This document shows positions 53,301 through 64,000 of a stretch of DNA of 64,000 nucleotides, one piece after another. A program made the translations under genes and the position numbers. The notes below the pieces were generated by a model, which saw only the letters and a list, made by a program, of their open reading frames with translations, did no database searches and was not told the DNA's origin. The stretch comes from Lingula anatina (lineage: Eukaryota; Animalia; Brachiopoda), in assembly GCA_051362555.1 (NCBI GenBank), contig CM120640.1:58568788-58632787 (forward strand), written 5' to 3'. The number at the start of each line of letters is the position of its first letter. Position 1 is the first letter of the stretch.

Positions 53301-54411
53301 TTTTTGATGGATGACATAAGAAAAATATTTTCCTGTGCATTTATGAGTATAACAACAATGGTGCCACATTTTAAGCAGATGACAACATGGTTGACTGCCA
53401 AGCAGTAAGTTTTGAAGTAGTGTTGATTTTGTTAATTAACAGAGAAACAGCAAGGAATGTAATAATTAATGTAAGTGATTATAATAGTAACAGTGGGATC
53501 TGTAGTCTGGTGTTAACACAAGCTGGGATTCATGATCAGTTAAAAACGTTAACACCCTCTATAGATCCTGTTATTACTATACCTTCTCACACAAAAGATG
53601 GCCCAAAGCTGTTGGATATTTGTATTGAAAAATTCTCATTGAATACTTTAAAATGAATAAAGTGTGATTACTTTAAACTCAATTCTGGAAAATTCTGTGT
53701 ATAGGAAAAACAACGACTAAAAGAAGCTTCCAAGAAAGATGAAGAAAAACGAGCAAAACAGGAACATTCCAGAGTCTTACATAACCAACCCCATCAAAAT
53801 GCACCAATGAAATCCAAACTGAATACAACTTTGGAGTCGTAAGTTTTTATTTGTCTTTGTTAATGTGGTTATCTTTAAGTTTTTAAGCCAAAGCAATTGT
53901 CTGTGAAAAGCAATTTCAGGGGCTTGTGTCCTTTTATTCTTGTTTTTGACTACAGTAACAGTGGCTTTGTTTATATAGCATAATACTTGGCATCTTCCAG
54001 CTATGACATGACTCCTCCACCAGCCAAGAGGCCCTACAAGTTACCCGATCCTGATAATTATGACATCAATGATCTGAAGTCAGATGAATCTACTGACGAT
54101 GAAGATCAACCAAGGAAAAGAATTCCTGCTTGGGCACAGGGTATGGTATTAAAAGTAGTGCACAAGCAGAAACATGTAGACTTATGCAGATCTTTGGAAT
54201 GAAAAAGCAAAATGCTTGTAATTGTTCCCCTGCCTTATTCTGATGGTGGTATCTTTGGTTTGAAATATTTTTAACGAAAGAAAAAATAACTACATATAAT
54301 AATAATAAAAATAATAATAATAATAACAACAATGATAAAGAAACAAATAGAAATAATGATTAATGATTATTTTAATGACAAGACTTGGAATTCTGAGAAT
54401 ATTGTTTCTCT

Positions 54412-54448
<37 letters not shown>

Positions 54449-54633
54449 CAGGGGCTCCCCTGAAAGCTGCTCTGATAAATCAGCACTATCATCCACCAAA
54501 CATGGAAGATATGTTTCCTGTCATTGAACCTCCAGATCTAAATGCAATGTTTGCTAAGAAGAAACAGAGGTTCAACAAAAGGACTAGTTCTGCCATCTGG
54601 GACTCACCATTATTGAAGCCTGGTGCTTTTTAA
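45434..54633 (+). CDS. INCENP: Inner centromere protein (chromosomal passenger complex scaffold)
   Basis: N-terminal HFTWLEEILIEAKKAF and LLPKTPS, long S/T/R/K-rich disordered region, E/R/K single alpha helix, and IN-box PAWAQG...FNKRTSSAIWDSP. Approximate exons: 45434-45591, 46077-46190, 46323-47445, 47581-47700, 47867-48666, 48902-48995, 49265-49313, 49509-49566, 49790-49856, 50068-50193, 51809-51918, 52043-52210, 52440-52721, 53099-53207, 53705-53838, ~53980-54140, 54452-54633. Confidence 0.92.
50552..51542 (+). mobile_element. Kolobok-like non-autonomous DNA transposon in an INCENP intron
   Basis: TTAA|AGACAGTCTCAG...CTGAGACTGTCT|TTAA. Retains an open exon (MSQTRVKSEEE...VYVGREVGRWRTLKAELGLTYEAMAKLLLDT) ending in a gtgagt donor at ~51064. 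Confidence 0.8.
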
Positions 54634-54671
54634 TGGAACTGCTTGTGTATTATATTGTAGATAATCTCAAA

Positions 54672-54759
54672 GGCAGTAGAATATTATTGCCTTTTATCAT
54701 CTTTCCTAAATACTTGGCAGTAGAATATTATTGCCTTTTATCATCTTTCCTAAATACTT
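54672..54759 (+). repeat. 44-bp tandem duplication in the INCENP 3' UTR
   Basis: ggcagtagaatattattgccttttatcatctttcctaaatactt occurs twice. Confidence 0.9.
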
Positions 54760-56459
54760 CATCATTCATTAAACTTTGTTATATTATAAATTAATGGAAG
54801 GCAATTATGTTTAATAGATGGATAGGAAGACTGTAAACAAAATATTGATGCCATGTACATTATAATTTTGAATGTGAACAGTATGGATGAAAGGTGACTG
54901 TATGGATTGTACTGAAAAAAGTGAAAGGGATGTGCCCTTGGTTAATTGTCAAGAGACCAGATTTATTTGGAAATGATAGTTCTGAATATTACAGATGTAA
55001 TTGGACCCTATATATTATGTATTATAACTGTATTGGAAGTTAAATACCTTCTGCTTAATGGCAGATGTGGCACGGTAGTTCTACTTTTAAGAACACATTA
55101 CACAGGGAGAGCTTGTGGGTATTTTGGGCACAAAGCATGTGCATTTTATTATGAATGAAAATGTTTTCACAAATAGTTGAATCTGTGTGGGTTTTAGTCC
55201 AGATAGAGTCACTAGGTGATCGGTTAAATAACTACTTATTTAACATTGTTAATTCATTGAAACCTCATGCAACAGAAACTCGAGTCCAACGATATAGCCA
55301 ATTTTAGTTCCAAGAAGTCCCATTTATATTGTAGCAAAGTGGGCTAAAGACGCTTGGCTTTTTATGTTTATTTGTAGATTGCTATGTAGCATTTATAATT
55401 GTATGCCTTTTGGAAGAAGATGAATGGTTTTGTAATGCTGTTATAATAGATCTTTAAACAGTACAGATAACTTTTGTTGTCATGTTATAAAGTGGTTTTC
55501 TTCTACTTGTAAGCTACAATTTCCAGACGCAAGTAATTCATTTCAATAATAAACTCCACTTAAGTATTGTCATTTTTTAAGGTTGCCACTTTCAAATATT
55601 TTAGTTTGAATATGTCCAATAAAAATTGTGAGAGCACACTTGCGTTCTTGACACGTTCCAGAGTAAAAAAAACGTTCCCATTCTTCATCAATGGACATTC
55701 ATGACAAGGTCCAAAATTGCAGTTGGTTTTGCATTTCCTCATATTCACTTCAATACAGCAACTTTTAATGCTTTTTTTTTTTTTTTTTTTTACCTCTGGC
55801 AAGAGGGTCGTGTTTTTGGTTCAGTTTGTTAGTTTGATGTTATGGACGGAATTTAAGCACAGTCATTTTATAGGGAACCACTTTTCAATTTTTTGTTTGA
55901 AAATGTCTAATTAAAACCATTAAACCACAGTTAGTCTGTAGAACAAGTCTCGGCTGTGCTGTACTTGACATACCATCACATCATATACAAATGCGTTCCA
56001 CGGTTGCACTCCCGTTACTCACTAGTGTAGTAGCCAGTCAGAGGCCGTGGTTTAAGCCAGATACAACACGCGTTGCCAAGATGTGCTTGAAAATTACTGG
56101 TGTTTTGTCTCACCTGCAGCTCGACAATACACTTGTAATATTTAACGCACAGCTCTGCGTCTTGCATCTTTCACTAAGAACGCAATATTGCATTTTTATT
56201 ATGTTTCAAAGAAAGAGTAAAAAAGTTCCCCTCCCCAGTCTTCAATAATCCTCTCATTCATGTCTAGACTCAAAATTTTAGTTGTCTTTGCATTTCCCCA
56301 TTTTCACTTTAATAAGGTGATAAATATTTTTTATTTCTTAAACATGTCCTCAAGATGCAAGACCAGAGCATTTGAAAAAAAAAAGGAAAGCAAAATTTCC
56401 AGAAAATATCCCTTTGACAAGAACCTATTTCTCAAAATATGAATAACAAGGGTGTTAAA

Positions 56460-57854
56460 CTAGAGGATCAGAGAGGCGATACCGCCTCTGAAAATTGTAC
56501 CACCAGCTGGAGCAAGCGCATTCATATAGACCCCCACATACACAAAATAAGGGACAAAGCCACCAGTCTTTTGCTTGACAAGCTGTAAAAATGCAATCAA
56601 CAAGAATTTTCAAAATATGCAAAAAAATATATCAAAAGTTCATCAAAAGGTAGGTGAAAGGTCAATTTCACAGTAAGATTGCCAATATATGACTTCCTAT
56701 TCAACTTCAAAAGTAACTTTGGACATATCTCTGCCAGTTTGAGAGATAAAAGGGAAGCAAAATTTGCAAAGTTCAGTTCATGGTGAAAAGTAGGTCAAAG
56801 GTAAATTTCAAGGTCACATTAAGATTGCCAGTGTATGGCTTCCTATTCAACTTCAATAGTAATTATGGACCTATTTCTGCCAGTTTTGGAGATAAAAGGG
56901 AAGCAAAATTTGCAAAGTTTAGTTCATGGTGAAAAGTAGTCAGGCGGCTAAGTCCAAATTTTTTCCAGAATTGTGCAAAAGATGATAAAAGCATGAAATT
57001 TTCCACGATGAATGACCATTGGGTGTTTGTCAACCCCCTGATCCAAAATAGACGAACACCCAATGGTTATTCATCGTGGAAAGTTTCATGCTTTTATCAT
57101 CTATTGCACAATTCTGGATAAAATTTGGACTTAGCCACCTGACTATACCGTACTGCACATTTTGCTTTCACCACCAATATGTACTTTTTGATAGCGTAAC
57201 TCGAAAACCGTTTGGAATGCAAAAAAACGGATACTACCTCCAGTGTTTGGCTTTACATGCTCTACAAAATGCAAAAAAGAATGGGTCTCTAGCATTAACG
57301 GTTCCCGAATTAGAGACAGTTTTCAGTTTTGGCATCTTATGGCCGCTACTCCAGTGAAAATGCACCGATTGACCCCAAATTCACGGAGATGAAAGATGAC
57401 CTGAAGGGTAACACTTTCCAATAATATTATTGGTTAAGTCTGTGTGGTGTCTGAATAACAGGGTAAAAAAAAATTTTTTCATAAAAAATGAAAAAAGGTC
57501 AAAGGTCAAATCCAAGGGCATATTTGAAATCTACACATATGACTTTTGGAAAGCCGTCTGTAGAAATTTTTCCCATAACCCCTTCCGTAGGGTAGATAAT
57601 TAGCATTTAATTTTGCCATTTTTGGACAAGGGTGCATTGCAATGAGTGCCACACCCAGACCCCAATACCGGCAAAGCCCAAATTTTACGTGGAACGAGCT
57701 GAGATAATAGGTGACCTAAATCCAAGAGATGGGTACGGGGGCCCTTACCGTCTAGGAGGAGAAGCGGTAACGGTAGCCGTCCAGCGGAGCCGGCGGAACG
57801 ATCCGGACGGGACCGAAACCATGTGTACTGCCAGCGCTAATGCTGGTGGTACAA
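56460..57854 (-). mobile_element. Helentron/HINE-like element, copy D (~2 units, interrupted and internally deleted)
   Basis: Same termini as copy C, with high identity to 31021-31200 and 32875-33656. Confidence 0.85.
56937..57145. mobile_element. Fold-back MITE nested in HINE copy D
   Basis: ~90-bp inverted arms tagtcaggcggctaagtccaaattt... / ...aaatttggacttagccacctgacta. Confidence 0.82.
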
Positions 57855-58321
57855 TTAATCAGTTTATTTCTAAATTTGGTGCAAGTTCGAAATTTGCAAA
57901 ACAGTAAATTTTTGTTGTGTAACCAAACAAATATATTCAGAGAAAGATATAGATTTTGTTGGGTTTTAATTTTATTCTTCAGTTGCCTAACTATCATATC
58001 ACATCAACCTTTAAATTCATTAAACACAAGTAAGATCTCAAAAAAAAAAACAAACTATTATTGTGTTTAGTTTTCACACTTCCAAGTACTTTCTTTCCCA
58101 CAAAATTTCTCAATATTGGTCAGATGCACTGGAATAGAGAGACAAAGGCTACCATAGTATTGTGAACAGTTTTCACAACATACCATACTTATTTTAACTA
58201 CAACAGAGAATCCACTATGTCCTTCAGATACTTTGAAACTTCAAGAACAATCAGGTCTATTATCTTGCGTCCTTGTTGGTTTATTTATCCTGGAGAGTAA
58301 ATGTACAATAGGCTGTGTCCA

Positions 58322-61300
58322 TTAGGCTACCTGAACAGAGCCTTTCTGTGCCATGTCTTTTAGGTCTTGTATACACTTGGTTATGCTGTCTTTTTGCTGA
58401 AAAGAAAAGTGATGTACTGTATCATTATTTAGCAAATCATAAAGAATTTCTACTGGATATCTTTACAAACATGGGCAATTATGAACACAAGGCATACTCA
58501 CGTAAAAACTATCTGGCAGAAATTGGTACAATTTTTGGAAATGCAATGCAACTTGTTGATAAGCAAAACAAAATATTGCTACTATCCTCTATATGAGAAT
58601 TAATGCAACATTGCAATTACTGGATAACTTAATCAACATGCAACTCAAGTTGAAAAAGCAGGTTTTCACAAAGGAAGAGGATGTGGGGACCACATTGCAA
58701 ATTTATGGTTGTTCATAGAAAACACAAAAGAAAGGAAAAATGAGATTTATCTCTGCTTCATCAATTACTCTAAAGTATTAAACGAATGACACGCCTCCTC
58801 GAGCAGCTAGAAGGTAATTAGCCTAGCTGCTCTAGGAGGCATGTCAGACATCTTTAATTAACCTACACAGCAAACAGATCCCCAGAAATGCTCTGGTAAA
58901 CAAAGACATTGGCACCAAAATAACTGGCAGAAGCCACAATGGTCTCGGATACCCAGAACCCCAAGTGGGGAAGCCAATTTTGAAATTGATGGAGAGAAAG
59001 TGGCTGAAAGATCCTCTTTTATGTAGACAACCATACTCAGAAATGGAAGCTGCAGACCAGAGATATTAAAATGTATACAACTACGGCAAAAAGTCATGTC
59101 TGACATGACTAGAATTTGGAAGGATCATTAATAGGTATCAGGAAAGACAAAAGAATGCCTAGTGAGAAGAATAGTATTCTCAATAGTCCTGTATGGCGTG
59201 GAAACCGACCACCACCTCCCTTGGAAGTAATATTCCAGCTTTTGAAATGTGGTGTTGGAACAGGATGTGGGGAATTTCATGGATGAAAACAGTAAGCAAT
59301 GCTGTCAGAGCTAACGGATGATGGGTTCTGACTCGAGGGAAATTGAGGCCCAAGACCTGGTGGCTAGATAAATTGGAGGTAGAGACTGGTGGTTTGCAGA
59401 AAGCAAGACAGCTCTGTTGGAACTGTAGTCAGGAGTTTTCTCACCTGTTGCGGTGTTATTCCCTTCCTTACACTTTCAAGGATCCAGTTAATCATATGTT
59501 GTCTTTCAAAATTCTGTCTTTCTCGCTGGATGTCTAGTTGATAATCCTGTATATAAAAAAATGAAAATAAAAAAAAAGAGTACACACAAATCAAATCTTA
59601 AGTTTTAACAATGTTTAAATACATGGCAATGGCATTAGCAGACGTGCTGCTTTTGTGAATGTGGTTGGCAGTACTGCTGAGGATTCTCGGACAATTCCCC
59701 CCATCTATCCTCGAATTGTCCTGATGCCATTTAACCTATATGAATAAGACCAAGTAGGCAGTGGACATAAATGAAAATGCTGCATGGAGTATATTGTGTG
59801 AATTATCTACTTGAATTTGAGGTTTTGATAATTTTGGGGAAAAGAATTACCTGGTAGTCATTTTATATTTCTCACAATTCAAAAACAAGCATCAGTGAAC
59901 CCATTCTACATTATTATCATCCCAATGTTATATTCTTTCCTTGTTTGGAAGCTTTGACATACATTTGTTGGGGATGAAGAAAAAGAAATTACCGTAAGGC
60001 CGGTGCTGATGTCAAACTAATTGGATACAGACCGTTTAACACCTGCAGCCACCTCACAGGAATTTCTGTCATCTGTGTAGAGATTTATTTCAACACCAAG
60101 AAAACTGATGCTAGTAAGCAACTCGTATTAAAAAAAAAAAGTTTTAAATGAAGAAGTATGAGAACTTTTTGATAAAATATTTCATATCCATAGATAAAAT
60201 TAAACAAGTTATGTCTGTTATCCCATATGACACATGTTGATATATTTATCTAATAGACGTAAAATGAACTAGAGGATCAGAGGCGATACCGCCTCCGAAT
60301 ATTGTACCACCAGCTGGAGTAAGCGCATTCGTATAGACCCCCACATACACAATATAAGGGACACAGCCACCAGTCTTGTGCTAAACAAGCTGAAAAAATG
60401 CAATCAACAAGAATTTTCAAAAAATGCAAAAAATATAACTAAAAATGGTACAATCAAAGTTTAGTTCATCGTAAGGTAGGTCAAAGGTCAATTTCAAGGT
60501 CACAGTAAATTGCCAGTATGTGACTTCCTATTCAACTTCAATAGTAATTATGGACCTATCTCTGCCAGGTTTGGAGTTAAAAGAGAAAGAAATAAGCAGA
60601 GTTCAGTTCATGATAATAAGTAGGTCAAAGGTCAATTTCAAGGTCACAGTAAGATTGCCAGTATATGACTTCCTATTCAAGTTCAATAGTAACTATGGAC
60701 CTATCTCTGCCAGTTTTGGAGATAAAAGGGAACCAAAATTTGCAAAGTTCAATACATGATAAAAAGTAGGTCAAAGGTTAATTTCAAGGTCACAGTAAGA
60801 TTGCCAGTATATGACTTCCTATTCAAGTTCAATAATAACAATGGACCTATCTCTGCCAGTTTTGGAGATATAAGGGACTAAATGTTATAATTTTGGAGTT
60901 AACCATAATGTGCCATAAATTTCCTACAGAAAAAATTAATTAAAATTAAGAAAAGGTCATTTTGGTCAAAATTCTTGAAATGGGAGGTGCTCTGAAGTTC
61001 CAGAAGTTCAAATTTGATGAAATAATGTCATTTTTGACCACAAGTTGTCTGCTTTGCCAAGCCTTATGTTTTATTTTTCCGGAGTTCAAAATTTATTATC
61101 CATTACCGTACTGTACATTTTGCTTTCACCACCAATATGTACTTTTTGATACAGCGTAACTCGAAAACCGTATGGAATACAAAAAAACGGAGACCACCTC
61201 CAGTGTTGGGCTTTACATGCTCTACAAAATGCAAAAAAGAATGGGTCTCTGGAATTAACGGTTCCCGAATTAGAGACAGTTTTCAGTTTCGGTATCTTAT

Positions 61301-63827
61301 GGCTGCTACGCCCGTGAAAATGCACCGATTGACCCCAAATTCACGGAGATGAAAGATGACCTGAAGGGTAACACTTTCCAATAATATTATTGGTTAAGTC
61401 TGTGTGGTGTCTGAATAACAGGGCAAATAATTTTTTTTCGAAAAAAAATTCATTTTTTTGAAAATTTTGACTCATTTGACCTTGAAAAAAGGTCAAAGGC
61501 CAAATCCAAGGGCATATTTGAAATCTACACATATGACTTTTGGAAAGCCGTCTGTAGAAATTTTTCCCATAATTCCTTCCGTAGGGTAGATAATTAGCAT
61601 TTAATTTTGCCATTTTTAGACAAGGGTGCATTGCAATGAGTGCCACACCTAGACCCCAATACCGACAAAGCCCAAATTTTACGTGGAACGAGTTGAGATT
61701 ATAGGTGACCTAAATCCAAGAGATGGATACGCAGGCCCTTGTAGTCTAGGAGGAGAAGCGGTAACGATGACATGGCGGCGGAGCCGCAGGAGCCGGCGGA
61801 ACGAACCGGATGGGACTAAAACCATGTGTACCGCCAGCGCTAACGCTGGTGGTACAATGAATAATTATATATAACACACCAAAAAAGAAAAAAAAAAAAA
61901 AAAATACATACATATATATATTCAGCATTCAAATTCATTAACATAATCAGTTAAAAAGTTTGCAAACAAGATAGAGGGCAAAACTTCTTACCAGTCTATC
62001 CTTGACTTTTTTGTGAGCTTGGACCAGTCTTTCCCTGTATCTGGCCTCAAGCTGCAACAGTGCATTTTCCTAGCAAAGATAATTAATTTTATATTATATG
62101 TTAATCCTCAAAATATTGTCTCTGGTTAAAGGGATAATAACTCTTCGTTTCGGCCAAAAAATGAATTTTCCTGGAATAAAGAACAATTTTCCCATACTTA
62201 CCAATGGTTAATGAATCCATTTTTACATTCAAAGTTGGTCCCTGGTTTTTTTCTAAAAAGTTTGGTTTTTTGTTAAAATCTCTTAAGAGATTTTAACAGA
62301 GTATAGCCATCAATGGAGGTCACGTGGTCTAAAGACAAGCTCAGATATCAGAATAATAGCTATAACTGCTGTTTTTGTGGTAAAACAGAATATATTATAT
62401 TTCTATGAGTTATTCACAATGTTTTTATTGTGCAATATAGATCTCATACGAGGAGTTATCATCCCTTTAATATAAAATAAATTTAACTAAATGAAGACTG
62501 AGTGAGAAACCCAATTCTGGTAACTATACTGACAATTTGAATACAGATAAATAATGTTACAAAGTTATGACTGTAAATTAACAAGATACATCTAGTCTTT
62601 TTGCTGACTAACATTCTTTTATAAAAAACCTGAACTCCAATATATTGTCAAACAAAACCACAACTAAACATCAAACTTTCTTTGAAAAGTAACGTACCCT
62701 TTCAGACTGGATAGCAACACTTTTGAGGGTTCTTTCTAACTCAACTCTTTCTGCTGTGAACTGAATAGCTACCTCTCTAACTTCTTTACTTTCTTGGAGT
62801 GGCTTTAAATAGCCCTTCTCTGTCCATGTCTTAAATTAAAAGTACATGGTATTGATATATATTGATCTGCACTAAATGTAACATTACACAGTGATTTTCA
62901 GTCATAAAATTTCCTTTACACTGTCACTTTGTCTTAATTTATTTGTCACATACAATTTTTAAAAATTCAAAATCTGCATAGGCAAGATTGTAATTTCATA
63001 TTAACAAAAGAAATTATATGAAACTAAATACAGCTGTTCTCAACAGCATTACTTTAGTCCAAAACACATAGAACACACAGGCATATTCTGTGAATAACAA
63101 AGGAACCTACTTACATCACTTTGCTTCATAAGATGTCTACTTAATCCCCTGTTTCCAAGTTGGGCAACTTTACTAAACACCAAAATCATCCCAAAAATCT
63201 CTGCCAAATCCACAGGAAAAAGGAACTCCTTGGAAACACCCATGTTTATTGCTCCCAAAACAAGCATATAGCCTCCTACAAGATAAAATTAAATCATATT
63301 TTAAACAAAATTATTTTCCGAGCTTCAGGTTCTTGCAGATACTTTTGTCAACTTGTAACTGTTTGTCTTCTTCTAACCTTTATAAATGTTTTAGTCATGG
63401 TATCATTCCAGTAACTTACACCCATTCCATTATCTGGATAACAGGCTTCCAAATATTTAATATGACATGGAAACAAAACCAAACATTACAGTACTGAGAT
63501 AGCCCAAATGTAAAGCCAATGATTTTTATCACTTTAAAGTAAAAAATGCATGGCTGTTTAAGTAATAAATAAATAGCATGCTTCTTACCTAAAACTCCCG
63601 TTTTGGGTTCCACGAAGTCGAAGAGCGATTTAGGAAAAAAGAACATTCTGACCGGTTTCCTTTTTTCCAAAAAAACTGGTGGAGGATAATTGACCATGTC
63701 TCTTTGTTCACCATAGTATTTTGCATTTAACTTGGACCAGTAGTCCAATATGTCTGAAGAATCGTCTTTCCCCTCATCTACAACCCTTTTTGCTCTTCTC
63801 ATCTCCATGTCATAGTCATAAACCACC
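58322..63827 (-). CDS. ATP5PB: Mitochondrial ATP synthase peripheral stalk subunit b, 3' exons 63827-63589, 63275-63115, 62829-62698, 62069-61992, 59546-59445, 58396-58322; 5' end beyond the window
   Basis: RDMVNYPPP...PKTGVLG | GYMLVLG...SKE | ENALLQLEARYRERL...VKDRL | DYQLDIQ...ERQHMINWI...ITPQQ | QKDSITKCIQDLK match the subunit b pattern. All exons splice in frame. Confidence 0.88.
58645..59410 (+). mobile_element. Highly degenerate RTE/BovB-like LINE remnant in the last ATP5PB intron
   Basis: Fragments translate to AGFHKGRGCGDHIANLWLFIE...IYLCFINYSK, VLYGVE, AFEMWCWNRMWGISW and RPKTWWLD, with many stops and deletions. Confidence 0.7.
60269..61857 (-). mobile_element. Helentron/HINE-like element, copy E (full length, ~3 units) in an ATP5PB intron
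   Basis: Near-identical to copy C apart from array length; same termini. Confidence 0.87.
62130..62466. mobile_element. Short Kolobok-like non-autonomous element
   Basis: TTAA|AGGGATAATAACTCTTCGT...ACGAGGAGTTATCATCCCT|TTAA. Shares the subterminal block aaaatgaattttcctggaa...caattt.ccata with the 50552 element. Confidence 0.75.
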
Positions 63828-64000
63828 CTTCAAAAGATAAAATGTGTGCAGTTCTTTAAGAAATACATTTAAAAACTCAATGGTTCTGTAGAATGTGAAA
63901 ATAAACATTGTAGTAAGCTAGTTTGTGACATTAAAAAAAACTTTCAAGAAGACTCTCAAATTGGATATATATATATATCATGGTAATCTGTAGAAACTTT

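Noticed and set aside
46296-53401. Antisense S/F/L-rich ORFs overlapping INCENP exons
   Set aside because: These are shadow frames of the E/K/R-rich coding strand.
55560-55915. Possible TTAA-flanked element downstream of INCENP
   Set aside because: The ends are only loosely complementary; TIRs and a TSD could not be defined.
58787-58846. 60-bp hairpin (tgacacgcctcctcgagcagctag...ctagctgctctaggaggcatgtca)
   Set aside because: It lies within a decayed LINE and is most simply a tiny MITE remnant; no evidence for a structured RNA gene.

Overview
AT-rich, intron-rich animal genomic DNA, probably from a marine invertebrate (mollusc-like; inferred from gene and transposon content). Left to right it holds: the last two exons of a conserved COPB1 (coatomer beta) gene; a ~25-kb tandem, promoter-less and decayed second COPB1 copy (3418-26957) with an apparently intact PHYHIP/PHYHIPL-like gene nested antisense in a 15-kb gap between two of its exons; a complete R-Ras2/TC21-like gene (minus); INCENP (plus), head-to-head with RRAS2 across a ~350-bp promoter; and the 3' six exons of mitochondrial ATP synthase subunit b (minus). 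Mobile DNA is abundant: five copies of a Helentron/HINE-type element with a variable 146-bp array carrying DR1 motifs, a TIR element with a RecQ-helicase fragment, two Kolobok-like elements, two RTE-type LINE fragments and many MITEs, several nested. Exon and element coordinates were read by eye and may be off by a few bases. No prokaryote-type system (CRISPR etc.) is present.
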